From Dimorphilus gyrociliatus (taxonomy: Eukaryota > Animalia > Annelida): a DNA stretch of 35,280 bases. The notes beneath the pieces are model-generated. The model was not told the origin of the DNA. It did not search any database and saw only the letters and a list, made by a program, of their open reading frames with translations. The position numbers and the translations under genes were made by a program. Every line of letters starts with the position of its first letter. The stretch's first letter is position 1. Positions 1 to 13,700 of this stretch are shown here, piece after piece. The stretch covers positions 2,641,763 to 2,677,042 of the forward strand of contig CAJFCJ010000012.1 of the NCBI GenBank assembly GCA_904063045.1. The letters run 5' to 3'.

Positions 1-285
1 TTTTTCATGAACCAATCTTCTTTTACCTCCCGTTCTATTCAAGATCGACAGCTAATATTGCTTATTTGTCTCTAATATATTTCAGCGTATAATATATTAG
101 TTGAACACATATACTCTGCCTCTTCTCTCTTTCTCTCCCCTAAGCTTTTTTTCCACTTATCCTATATACTTCGAATGCCTTCCGGTCATTTTCAACATAT
201 TCGCCGCACAGTCAACTAAATTATTACATAGTACCTATACGCAATGTAGAGTACTATAGATGGCGTTACATGGAAAGGGGTAGAA

Positions 286-363
286 GAAGAAGAAGAAGAA
301 GAACCAGAAGGAGGAGGAGAAGAAGGGCAAAGAGGGAGAAGAGGAGGAAAGAGAAAAAGATAA
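286..363 (+). repeat. Purine-rich (GAA)/(GAG) low-complexity tract
   Basis: agaagaagaagaagaagaagaaccagaaggaggaggagaagaag... read directly. Confidence 0.9.
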
Positions 364-1012
364 AAGAGAAAATTGCAAGACGAGAAACTGTAAAAAGTGT
401 GAAATTGATATATAAAAAAGTAGAAGAAGAGGGACACGTTGTTAATAGTTAAATTAGAAATTTGGTTCATGTCTTTCCAATTTCCTTTTCTACTTTTAGA
501 AAAAAAGTTGCCACCTCTGATTGATTCTAAATTTGAGTTTTTTTCTTCTTCTCTTTTTCTTCATAGACGCTATTTTTTTAATTGCTCTACTTCTTGCTTT
601 CTAAGCTTTCTTTCTTTCTTTCTCTTTCTCTTTTCCGTTTCCTTTCAACGCCTTTATATTTTCAATTGTCCCTGTTTCGCTCTCATTTTTTATACTAATT
701 TTTAAAGCTCGTAAGATAGATGACTCTTTTCGGCATAAATCCTTCATTTAGCTAATGAAGAGACGCTTGTTTTATACGCCTCCTAAACATAAATACTAGC
801 GTCGATACATTTCCCCCTACCGTATATTTATCATTTCAATTTGTTACGTCATCCACTCATTGCTCTTCTTTATCTCTTATTTAATTGCTAATTTGGTTCT
901 TAGTTTTAATTAAACAATTCCATCTAACCATCTAACCTCCCTGTCTGCCTGTCTGCCTATCTGCTAGCTTCTCTCTTTCTCTCCTAGTCTATCTTCAACA
1001 GCACACCCCTGC

Positions 1013-1038
<26 letters not shown>
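1013..1038 (+). repeat. (CT)n microsatellite
   Basis: Direct reading. Confidence 0.95.
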
Positions 1039-1045
<7 letters not shown>

Positions 1046-2120
1046 ACCTCTTCTCTACTCCCATCTGTCATTTTTATCCATCATTCACCGTATGAATTAT
1101 ATTAATGTGAAGGAAAAATGTTCGGGGCGATCCTCAATCAACTTCTGTCTAATCTAACGCCGTATTTAGGTGCGAAGCGCAAGATCCCCATTCTCAAGGC
1201 CTATTCGCAGGGAAACACCAGTAGAACTATAAGAGACATCTAGCGGAACTGTAAAGCGCAATTTTACGTTGCCTTTCGAATTATTAAACGCTTCTGTTCG
1301 GGCGTCACTCGACAGGTAAATCGATTTGATTGCGAAGCGTCTTTTTGATTTTTTACATTGTATAAACAGAATTTGTTGTATTAAAAATCGATTCTCTGGA
1401 TAAACAAATCGTTTTGTTATTTTGGATGTCGTTAGAAGGTTTGTTCGTTATTTTTCTCTTATATTTTTATCCGCCTTCATCAACATTCTCTCCCCTCCCA
1501 CCGTCATATTTCTCTTCTTTCATCTATGTTGGTTTCTTCCTATTTCTTCGTATTCCTCCTCCTTCTTCTCTTCTTCTCCTTCTACTTCAAATCCATCTTT
1601 TCTGATTCAGATTTTGTTGCTAAACTTGAATATTTCTTGTTTTAAAATGCTAAACGTTAAGGGCGGAAATTCTCTTATAAAAAATTAAAGCCTTTTTCAT
1701 CAATGGCCGTTTAATCGAAATTGCAAAATTGCTAGAATATTTCCTGTACTTAACCCTTAACAATAATCCAACAATTATTAAGTATCATCTCCGTTGCTTG
1801 CATGGCAACGGTGGACTAGAGAGAAGAGAATGAATCTGCCTTTTACTCAGTCTATTTCTACAGCAGGGAGAGTAATACTAGTCGAGTCTGTAAAAAATGA
1901 AGCGAGGTTATAGGCCGTATTGGGAAAAATCAGACACGAATTAGGGAGAGGGGGAGAGGGGACAAGGAAAAAAAAGAGCGAGAGCGGGAGAGAGAGAGAG
2001 ACATAGCGAGCGAATAGATAGATTGATAGATACATACAATGCTGCACGCTGGCTACGCGTTGTCGATAATAGCACAATAGGCTTTATGAGAGACGTTGGT
2101 CTACATACACACACATACTT

Positions 2121-2123
<3 letters not shown>

Positions 2124-2163
<40 letters not shown>

Positions 2164-2208
2164 TCCTCTCTTTGTCACTCTGCCACGTATATATATATAT
2201 ATATATAT
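2124..2208 (+). repeat. (CT)n microsatellite followed by (AT)n
   Basis: (CT)n ~2124-2158 and (AT)n ~2188-2208. Confidence 0.95.
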
Positions 2209-3227
2209 ACATAATATAGTATATACTATTCATGGAAAAATCAACAAGAGAACAAATACGTCTATCTTGTTAATAAAAAGAAAAAGAGAGAAAGTGACGC
2301 TATCCTTATTTTCTCTTCCATAAACAAACAATTGGTTAGCTGACGACATCATCAATAAAAGGCTAATAGCGAAATGTCTTCTGCTCGGATTCTGTTACTT
2401 CTTGCGGTGTTAGTATTACCGATAAGGGACGATACTAAACCATGCAGCTGCCATGTAGCATAACGTCTTACGGCGTCTAGTATCTAGATCAATATTGTGC
2501 ATAATTTATATACGTCCAGTTACTTATTCTTTGCCGAAAAAGAAATGTCAAATTGAATGATTTCTTTTCTAAATGTTGCAAATGATTCTTATTCTTTCAT
2601 TTCTTATCTTTTCCAATTTGAAATATGGCCGATTTGACGACAACTTCTGTCTTGTTTGGCTAAATGCCATCTTAAATAATTGACTATCCAATCCTTACTT
2701 TTCTCTGTCTTTCATACTTCCATCGGCGTAATTTGGATTAAATTCTATTTATAAATTTCGGATATTGTCAATTATTAACAAGTACTCAATTAACGCTCAT
2801 TAAAAGACATATTTCCACTGCAAATTGGAGAGGGAGTTCGGGATAAACTAGGATTAGTTGAATTGGCGAATTGGTCGACAGGAAGAATTAGTCGGAAATA
2901 CAGAATGATAGAAAGAGGCCGACAGAAAAAGAAAGAGGGAGAGAGAAAGAACGAGAGTGAGAGAGTGAGGAGGAAAGATGAAAAAAAAACATTTAGCCTA
3001 CGAGGCTCTTCTGACCTATGGAATAAAAAAACTATCTTCCTTTATAGTAGGCTTATATATTATTCAGAATTACTCCGTTTGTTAAGTTTCATCTTCTGAG
3101 AATATTCTTCCTATCTGCTAGTTATTATTCCTGGAAAAATATAGAAACAGATAGAACTGTAAATGATATAAAAAGATGAAAGGAAATAAAAGAAGAGAGA
3201 AGGTAGAAAGAGCGGGAGGAGGGATAG

Positions 3228-3262
<35 letters not shown>

Positions 3263-6200
3263 GGGAGCAGAAAGTGAAAGAGAGAAATGAAGGAATATAC
3301 AGAGATGTGAGCGTAGATTTGCAGCTGGTTTTGTTATCACTTGATTGCTAAACCAAGATATGGAAATTTCCAACTGTAAAACAGATTTATTCTTTCCCTC
3401 ATCTCCTCTTCCTCCTTCTCTTCCCCTCTTTCTCTCCACTTCACCAGGCATTTTTTCCCTCAATACTGACGAGTGCATCCTCATCTTAAACCCATCTCTC
3501 TTATCTTTTTTTTATTCTTATTCATCATTATCATTATCCCTTTTCTCTTCCTCTTCTTCTCTTTTTCCCACTAAATCATCATTCGCCATCTCTACCATTC
3601 GTATAGCTCATTTATTGGCAAAAATGCAAACTAATGGCAAGGGAAGAGGAAAGTAACCTTTAGGCTGGTTTATATATAGGATTATTACGTAAGCTGATGT
3701 ACGGCAACATGAAATTGTGTAAAAGGCGGTGGGCCGTAGGCGTTTAATGTTTGTCTCATACTTGATAAGAAGATATTCCCTTATAAATAAAGTTGAATTG
3801 TCAGCTAATGTCATTTCAAACATAAATTTTCCAACTACTATACAATTTGTATGTTTTTCATTATACTCATTCTCTGCCTCTCTCTCTCTCTCTCTCTCTT
3901 TTTCTCTTTCTCTCTTTGTCGCTCTCTTTTGTTCGTTAAATAGAGGGAAAGAGTGACAAATACCTTACTTATATAATTCATAAATCATGACTGGATTTTT
4001 GATATTTCGGCCTCATAAATAGAGATAGAGTTGTGTATGAGTTGAATAAGAAGCATACCTACTTTTTCTATTAAAGAATCTTGTAGAAAGATAGTTCTGC
4101 TCAGAGATTTATTAAACAAAGTCGTAATCAGACAGTATGAGCCTCAAAATGGGATGACGGGCCGCCTGGGTGCTGGAATGGAACGTGAAAGGTCAAGGGT
4201 CAACGATAAATGTTGCTATAGCGAAATATAAGGAAAAGGGAGGAGAGAGAGTGAGGGATGAGGGATGGAGACAGATTCGAAGAGAATTGAAAAACAGATT
4301 TAGCTGGTAAAGTAGAAAAAAGGGGATGGGGAGAAAGCGATGAAAGTGGTAACGAGTTTATACTGCAATCTGATTTTCGCCTGCAGAACTTAAATAATCT
4401 GACTGACCAACCGCAAAGATCTCGTAGACGTTCAATTCGCAAAAGTAGAAATTTACTAGACATCCTAGGTCAAAAACCCTAAATAATTCGATGGGACTTT
4501 AGAGATCTATCGATCAGACTGTTGTTGGTGAATGATAACTTCGGACGCATCAATCTCTAGAGGATTTCCTACTCCGCTCCCGTTCCTGCGCCATTTTATT
4601 TGCGGTAAGCAGCTGTAACCAAATTTTCGGGCGCCCATTTTTTCTCTTTCTTTTTTCTACTTACTTTGGAATATACTATAATGCGGAACAATCTTCTTAA
4701 GTATGGTAAAAAAAATGTGCATGACTGCGTCCTTAGAGTAGGGCGTTTTCCTATTCGACGCTCGTATTAGACGCCCGATAGGACAATGCAATCAAACGAT
4801 GCGTGACGAAAGCTACAGTGTGCGTATTTCATATGTGATAAGCTTTCAAGCGATTATTTCCGATTAATTAGACAAGCGACTTTTTTTTTTTTTATAGACA
4901 TTGTTTTCATCTTTTTCATTCTCTAACTCTTCCTCTCTTCTACCTTCCCCTCCCTCTCTCTCTCTCTCTCTTTCTCTATTCCACCTCCCTCCCTCCCCCT
5001 GTTCAATTACTCTGCGCCACAGCATCCGCCTACTCCCGCCGTCTTGTTTCGCCAATTAAATACCGTCTGAATAAATTTCGCTACAGTTTGAATAATTAGC
5101 CAAATAGTGAAATTAGGAAACGTTTCGTTGTAATAGTTTCGTAGTTACGTAGTAAACGTAAATAGAGAAACGATCCAAATATAGAATTGGTTCGTGACGT
5201 TTGTCAATAAAACCTTTTTAGGTGGTGATTAGAACGAGTTAGGGAGAAGCTCGTTCTTTCCATTTCTCTCTCTCATTCTCAACGCATATACAGTATGTAC
5301 TATATATATATATTATATACAATATCTACATATACAGTATATATGCCTTTCTGTCATTTGCTCTTCCACGCCAGCGATGTTTTGTTTTGTTCCTCTTTTC
5401 TTTCTAACGCCCCCTCAAACAAGTATACAACAACGAAATATACGTTTTTCTCTCTAATTCGACGCCCATCCACCGCCCTCTCTCTCTCTCTCTTACCCTC
5501 ACCCTTCCATCCACCCCTCAATTGCTGTCCATTCTCTGCTTCTGTTGTTACTGTTCACCGTTGCTACTGAGATAGCGAAAGGATTAGCTAATGATTAAAT
5601 GGAAGCAACGCCCATTGATTTATTAAATGTCTGGCAATGGCTGGCGTACAATTAGACGTTTAACGATGGAAAGTATCCGAATACAGTGAGAGAGCGTAAT
5701 TTCCAGTCCTCTTCTTTATTGGAATCGACAGTGTATTTTATTAAATAATGCCTCATCGTTTTATTTTAAACAAATCAACCTCTTCATTCCGTTTAATGGT
5801 TTGTTAGCAGTTGCCGTTGTTTACGAGCAGCAAACTCTCTTCTTGTAGGCTTAAACATGGGTAAAAGACAGAAAACACAGTCTAGTAACATTAGAGTTCC
5901 TACTAGAATCGCATCATTAACGGCGTATAATTATGGAAAACGACGAAGCTTGACGTTATTCTCCTCAAAAATCAAACAAATTCACTCTTTTCCCCCGCCT
6001 TCTTTTCATTTTTCAATAGATTTTTCAAGAATGATCATGTGACCCTCTCTTGTTTTCTTTCCTCTACCCATATTTCACGGGCAAACAACTGACTGATCGA
6101 CAACGAGCTAATGTATAGAAGCATTGATTAAATAACAATAACAATAACAAAAGATACATATTTATGCATTATTGGTAGTTGAGTGAAAGAGAGATAGTAA

Positions 6201-8492
6201 TGAAGAAGAGAGTGGATAAGAAAGAGAGAGAGAGAGAGAGAGAGAGAAAAAGAAATTCCTTTCATATATACTCTATATAGATAAATTGCCTTCTCTTTGC
6301 CTTTGATGATAAAATGGTGTCGAGAGATTATTTTTACACAATTTAAACAATTTATGATTGTTGTTGTGGTAAACAACTCCCCCCCTACTACCACCCCTTT
6401 CCAGTAGTAGCTATTTTGTGGGCGTGTCGCACGGAAGACGACGGAAAAGGGTACAAAACGCAACTGGTAAATTGATGAATGCGGTAAAACGGACAAATCG
6501 CTTATTTATAAAGACTGATAGCGTCTTACATTTGTCAAAATTGATTAGTGTAAGCTCGTCTGGGAAGCAGAGTGTAAATCACGTGATCTTAACAGCTTTT
6601 GTACTCGAGAAAATTTTATAGTCTTTTTGAATGTTGCTACTTTTTATTCTTCTTTATTTCTCCTTATCTAAATAATTTAAAAGGTAAACATCAAAGGTCA
6701 TCCGATGTGATTAATTGTTTCTTTCATACAAAGCGAAAACATCTTGAGCTTGTTGACTTTAAGTAATTTCAGATGCAGGTACTTAGCGCTCTATAGATAG
6801 AAGAGTCCAAGTATTTATTTATTTATTTGCTCCTGTTAATACCACCGCAAAATGCTTTACAGAACGATTCACCGCCTCTCTTTATCTTCTTACTTGACTG
6901 TAGTTTTCACCTCTCTTTTCTCATCAGCCACCACTCGCTTCATCTACGATTTTAGCGGTTAATGTAATTGCCAGGATAAACTCGGGTTTTCTACGTTAAA
7001 ATGACCTTTTACTTATTTACAATTAAAATATAAACAAAGTCGAAGAGGAGAGCAAGGGAAGAGAAAGAGAAAAAACGAAAACGAATGAATGAAATGAATA
7101 AAACTATAGACAATCATCAAAACCAGCTAATATTTTCATGTAGAGAATAAGAGTTTTAAGCAATATACCTGTCTCGTTTTCTCCCTCATTTCCCGCTCCC
7201 CCCTCTCTCTCTCTCTCTCACTCTCCATTTCTCTCTCTCTCTCTCTCTCTCTACTATAATTAAATCATTACTTCATTTAATTTTTTTTCTCTACTCCCCT
7301 TTGGCTTCGTTTGATACCCAAATCGCAGTCTTCTAGTTCGCTCATATACTCTATATTCTATACGATGTATATTTCATGTTCTCTGTCACCTGGTGTTTCT
7401 ATGCAATCGTATTCATTTCACTATAAAAATCTCTACCTATCATTTTACGCGGCATTTTCATTTACCGCAAAGTCGAGTGACCGACTAGAGTGGCCAAGCG
7501 ACCTTCTAAACGGACAAGAAACCTTTTACCCTTTGTCTACATTATACAACTGCTTTAAGGATATTAGTAGGGTTAATAAGCAGGCTAAGAGGTGTGCTCA
7601 TAAGTGAGGAAGCGAATTGGAGACGTAGAAAAAGGGAGGATAGAGAAGGGAAACAATAATAGAAATGAAAAAGTGAAATATGAAAGAAAGGAAGGAAGAG
7701 AAGAAGAGAAGGAGAGAGAAAGAAAGAGAAAGAGAGAGAGAGAGAGAAAAGAGACTCCATATAGGCTAAATTGTTAGAAAAACTATAGAGATTACTATAA
7801 AATTCAATTTAGAAAGCATGAGCTAAAATTGCAGAACAATCGAATGAGAAAACTCGATATTTGATCGTTTATTTATTCGTTTAAATCTAGTTGCTTACTC
7901 TCTACACATTTTCAGTGTAAATTATAAAAAGTGAATTAGTCTTAGTCCGATGATTAGTTTTTTTTCCCTCCAATTATTTCCATTGAATCTTTATGCAATC
8001 TTTATCATTCTCTATAAAATTCTTTACAACACCAAAGACTACTCTGGATTTAAATTCTATTTAGGATAATCCCCTGGTCAAAAAAAATTACACTTTCATA
8101 GGCCTTTGAGGCATTTGATTTCTATTTCTCTCTCTCTCTCCCTCTTCTTCTTCTTCTTCTTTCCCTTTAAGGGATGGTGGGGTTAAGGGGAGCTTTATTT
8201 AAAGCTTTATTTAAAGCTTAAAAAGCATCTTGTACAAAGGATAGCGAGTGGGGAGAGGACCGTGGAAATTGATCTGGAGAGGAGGAGAAGGAGAGGAAAA
8301 GACAATTAAATTATTAAGAATAGTAAAACAATTGTTAAAGTAATAAAACAGAGGAAAAGTAGAGGCAAGTTGTTGAATAATTTATGAGTTTTTATTGTAT
8401 AAAGTATTAGAAAAGGATCTGGTGTGATATCATTTCCTCCTTTCACAAGTACGAACAAGAAAAGCTCACGTGACAAGCACTCTAACCGTCTC

Positions 8493-9156
8493 TATCCACT
8501 TAACCGATCCAATCGTGCGCAAATTAGGTCAAAGAAAATTATTTTACCCACAGTCTTATATACCTCCATACGTAATTCTATTTCTCATTGGTTCTTCCTT
8601 ACAAATTGTACCAATTTTAGATGATCCCTCTCTCTCTCTCTCTCTCTCTCTCTGCTTAAACAATTCAATAAGTCTTTTCCTGGAAAAGAAAATAGTGCAA
8701 AGAATGGGAGAAAGAGAGAGAGGAGAGTGAAAGGAGGGGCGTGGAAAGGGGAGGGAGAGGAAGAAGGCTATTGGCACTCGACGCTTAGGTAGTTCTCCAA
8801 GAGTTGTTATAGTTAACTGATAAGGGAATCGTCGAGGGATAATAAGAAGACGAGAGCGAGCCATCAAAAATCCTTCGCCCTGGATTGTAGAGGTTTAATA
8901 GGCTTTAAAAAATATTCATTTTTTTTTCCATTCGGAAAAGGCTTGATTGTAGTTACAAGGTTAGAGGAAAATCCAATCAATTCCAGTCCTGTCTATATTC
9001 GCTAAATTAGTTTATCTTATTAATAAAAGTAACGTAAAAGACACATCCTGCGTAGAGATAATTAATATCACGTGATCTCCGGTATTAGAATTTAACACGA
9101 TTCCGGACGCTCTATATCCACTTAATCGATTCCATCATGTGCAAATTAGATCAAAG
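8493..9156 (+). repeat. Diverged 42-bp direct repeat, two copies
   Basis: 8493-8534 tatccacttaaccgatccaatcgtgcgcaaattaggtcaaag vs 9115-9156 tatccacttaatcgattccatcatgtgcaaattagatcaaag; 36/42 identical. Confidence 0.85.
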
Positions 9157-9617
9157 GGATTTTAGACAAGCATTTCTTCCTACTGTTTCATTCTCTTTAG
9201 ACGCCGTACATCATTCTCCTCTCAATTGGTTTAGCAAAGAGAAACTTTTAATTAATAAGCAAAGTAATTCGGTTTAGATGGAGGAAAGAGTAAAGGAGGA
9301 TAAAGTAGACTAGCCGTAAGGGAGGAGAGGATAGGGCAGATAGGAAAAAGCAGCCCGATAGGATCTATTTAGGGTCTTCTCCTCCAATCTCGTTCTTCTC
9401 TCGCTCTCTCTCTATCTCGCTCTCTATTCTTTCAATGTTTCTTTCAAATTCCTTTCTCTTTCCATTTCCTTTCCGTGCTGGCTTTAAACACTCTGCACAA
9501 TACCTGGATTTTTTTACTGTTGAAAAACTGTATTCCATACGACTAATGGAAAAATTACATTTATGTATTAGTAAAGATGTTTAACAACCGACAGATTAGA
9601 GAAGAAAGCCATGACTA

Positions 9618-10725
9618 ATGGCGTCGTTTCGTCGCAGCGTTTCGTGCCTAAGTCAGAAGGCTAGCCGTAATTCCCCAGAAGAAATAGCTCTGGTTGAAAG
9701 ACCTACAATTAATGGACACGTGAAATTGTCGGAAAGCGACCAGTTCGGTTCAGTTGGCTTCGTCGATTTTTGGCCCTTAACCGTCAAAAAAGCTGTTAAA
9801 GCGTCCTGCGCAACTTTCGAACAGTTCGAGTAAGTTGACGTTGACCAATTCGACCTCAATCTCAGAGTTTTTTTAATGGGGTCATTTGGGTCATTAATGA
9901 AAGCGACTTGCACAATTTTTTACTCTTTTCCATGGTTTTTTTTTATCTTTTTCTTCCCCTGCTCCTTATTTAATTTCATACAAATTAAACACTCCTGTTT
10001 TAGGGTTCTCGTGGAAAGAGCCAACGAATGGCTAGAGGAAAATGACGATTTCGAATTGATCAATTGCGAAAGTTTGGATAAAAAAGTCATATATGTCGCC
10101 GATGTTTACAGTCAGTCGTTAATTTATGCCGACGAGGACGCCAACACGCACGCTGTTCACATTATCGGATTAAGGTATGCTTTAACAGAGGAGAAATCGT
10201 TAATACTAGTCTACTAAAAAAAATTAAACTAATCCCCCACTAGTCACACTCCCTTCTCCCTCGTTCATTTTCTCTTCCTCTTCCACCTCCCTCGCCTATC
10301 GTCCAATTACCCTTGTAGGCAATTTTTTGGAGTCGATTTCATTTCTCTCTTAATCTCCCTCCACTCCTCCTCCTCCTTCTTCTTCTTCTTCCCCTCCCTT
10401 CTCTCTCTCTCTCTCTCTCTCTCTCTTTGTGAATAAAACGCCCAGGCGGTTTCTTACTTTATTTTTATTTTCGCCAGTTTTTTTCTCAGCAGCAGTTCTC
10501 CAGTCACGACATTCGCTTTTTTTTGTGCAAAAGAAACCGTTAAGGGTTTAATTATGCCTTAGCTACTAGAGTTTTTGTAATTATTGATTTATTGTAGTTG
10601 ATGGTGTGCGCGTGTCTTAAGTCGAGAATTCTATCAATTCATATCATTCTTTACGAATCAGAGAAGAGATCAAGCGCCGACGCCCCGCCTAAGCGAATTA
10701 AGTAGAATTGGTCAAAATCAAATAT

Positions 10726-10766
<41 letters not shown>

Positions 10767-13700
10767 AGACGTAGATACAGTATATAGTTTGCCCATCTAT
10801 ATAACCTTCGGATTTACGATTTCACATTTCTCCTCTCTCCTCTTCGATTTACTGAGTGGCAATCTCGTTAAGGCTTCGACTAAACGCTTGTCTTATTGGA
10901 GAGAGAAGAAAGTACTAAAAGTAAAAGGTAGTCTTCCGCCCTGCAAAGTATCATATTCCGGGGACAGAGAGAAAGACAAGAAACAGAATGAGAACGAAGT
11001 ATAATTTCGTTCTCTTTCCTTCTCTTTTGATTGAATATATTCCACGGCATGATTCTATAGTTGTCATTAAATCAGCATATAGACTGGTGAATATCGATTA
11101 TAATGGTATTAAGTGTATATGAGCATTTGATTCCCTGTAATTCGAAACCGGAATGTAAAGGTAGTGCACGTGATTTGATTATTTTTCCTGCTGGCAGGAG
11201 AGAGACGGAGAGAGAGGGTGTGTGAGTGAGAGGGAGAGAGTGGGAGAGACGGAGAGGGGAAATGGGGTAAAAGAGCGAGAGTATGGGGAATAGGAATAGG
11301 AATGACGAGTAGCGTGTATGCTAGACATATATACTTGAGCATCGAACTAAATAGTGATAGATAAGGATAGATAGGAAAGGATGCTAAGTGTACAACTAGT
11401 AAGTGAAGCGATTTAGGCTTTTTAGATATTAAGATAGCAATCCGATCTGGATTTGAATTGAAGCTAAAACGGTCTAAATTACGAAAAAAGATTCCATTCT
11501 ATCCTTTATTTAATAAGTAAATAAAAAGAAAAAGTAGCGCTAATGATAAACTAATGGTTCTATCTCATCCGATTGTGCTAGTGCGTTACCTTGTTCTAAA
11601 GCTATTTCACGCATTCCCCATGCCAACTGCAAATTCGTGACGCGTAGACTGCATTAATATCATACACGTCAAGAGATAGAAAGAAAGTCTACTTGTATTA
11701 TTTTCACATATTCATAAATATATAAATATGTATGTGCATATAGGAAGGAGAGGTGAGAAGCGAGAGAGAGAGAGAGAGAGAAAAGAAGGGTGATTGTACT
11801 ATTCTCTATAAAAAAAACGTGTAAAATCTCTACGTTTTTAGACATGATGTCATTAATGAGAATGTACTAAATACCATATTCAATATGCTACTGCAATATT
11901 ACAGTACTGTCATCTCTGTCTAATGCAAAGCAGAGGTGTCATCTGGAGAGAGGTAGCACGTGAACGAAATCAGGCGTATTCACTTAGAAACGTACGCACG
12001 ACCCATAGTGTAGAATGTACATTTTGCAGTGTGTACATAACTGGAAAATATGCTGTAGAGAAATTATTGAACTATTTATTTAAATACTCGAGATAACAGC
12101 TCTTCTGTAAATAGAATGAAGAGTGATAGGGATATCCAATTGCCCCCTTCGTATCTTGTATATTTATCCAAAATTGATAGAAAACATGGAGAAATCCCTC
12201 CCTCTGGCCTCTGTCTCTGTCTCTGACTATGCCTCTCTGGCTGTCTGAGTTGCCTCCTCCTCATTATTCAATGTATTAATATATCTTTTGATTAATAACC
12301 AAATAACAAGCCAACCAAGGACTAGAAAAGAAAGTATTAAACAACAGAAAATAAAGAGGAAATGAGGAGAGACAATGCAAATTTTATTCATAATTTTTTT
12401 TTATATTCTCCAAACAAGGGCGTCGGATAATGGAAAAGCGTCTCTTGAGTGAAACGAAACCCCGTTCGCAATGAAATGAGTGATGGGAAAGAAGTTGTAT
12501 GACAATTTTTTTCCAATTCCTTTCCAATATTACTCTCGTCGGCGTCAATAGACGTCGAAATCAGACGTAGTAATGTTAAGACTTAAGAACAAAATCAATT
12601 TTTATTAGTGCCTACGGCTGGTTGCGCATTTTTTTCGCATGCAATTGCCGGTGCACGTATCAGGGGCAGTCTGCCGTCAGGAGCCGAATAGAAAGAGAAA
12701 GGGAACGAGAACGAGTGAATGAGTGAGTGAGAGAGTGAGTAAACGAGAGAAAGGGTGAGAAGGAGCGAAAGAAGAACATAAACCTTGTAGAAAAAAAAAG
12801 AACACAAGTAAAATGTCAATTGAAAATAGAAATTGTTAAGGAAATCGGAATCCAATAGGAAATAAGAAACAATACTATACAATAAATATTGAACCTTTCT
12901 CTACGATCCGCAAACATCAAAGTAAATTTAAATTTCCTGTAATCTTCTACTTTTACTCTTCTACTATTCAATATAATCTCTGTCTATGCGAAAAATAAAA
13001 CTATTAGTCTCTTCTTTATCCTTCCCTTCCTTTCCTGCTCCCTCACATCAAACCAATAAACACGTATGCTATATATATATATGTATACGCGCCAGTCAAA
13101 TACTTTCTTCCTCTCTTCTTTATCCTCTCTTCCTTTTCTCGCTTACCTCTTTTCCTGTTACACATTTTTTTCACTCTTGTAAATCATTTCCGGTCAAAAT
13201 ACAGTCAAGAAAATCCATATCTCAACTACTTTCGGATCCTCATTAAGTCGGCCACATACAATCGGGTGCGTTTAGTCAAATTTACCAATTGACTGTTAAA
13301 AAAGGAGAGAGTGAGAGAGAGAGAGAGAGAGAGAGAAGGAGCACATATATCGTTGATGTAAATATATCTATGAAAAGAGGCTTAGTTAGATGAAAAGAGC
13401 CTCACTGCAAAAAATTCCTTATCAGAGATAATTGGTATTCGATAAGAAGAGATACAAAAGAGGGAAAGATTATCCCTTCGATTCGATTAAATCAAAATAA
13501 TATTTCGTTATTTGTTTATGTTAAAAGGTTTCTTTTGAACTAAACAAACAAAAAATTGGTAAAAGGAAAGTAAAAACATACTTCAAATTTCCCTTTTGAC
13601 GCCTTTCTCTTCCAGTTTCAATTGCCTTTTAGTCTTTTTATGGAAATACTGGCTTAATAAATTCCCTTCTCTCTACAGATTATGGTACTGCAAACGTTTA

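Noticed and set aside
216-705. Arg/Ser/Phe-rich ORFs 270-452, 216-470 and 439-705
   Set aside because: Translations of purine/pyrimidine low-complexity tracts; no splice or homology support. The same applies to most SLSLSL/RERERE ORFs in the track.
1100-1320. 41-aa ORF 1118-1243 (+) and an exon-like frame on the minus strand
   Set aside because: Both strands are equally weak and no motif is recognised.
1791-1811. 7-bp hairpin ccgttgc...gcaacgg / RFX X-box-like site
   Set aside because: Spacer deviates from consensus and no nearby ciliary gene is identified.
4340-4600. Minus-strand ~48-codon frame (IELFRVFDLGC...) and AAAATGGCG start near 4592
   Set aside because: No consistent splice model; the resemblance to an EF-hand is superficial.
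2374-7603. A phase-compatible chain of small plus-strand exons (2374-2454, ~3663-3687, ~6411-6466, 7473-7603)
   Set aside because: It can be assembled but gives no recognisable protein, and such chains arise easily by chance.
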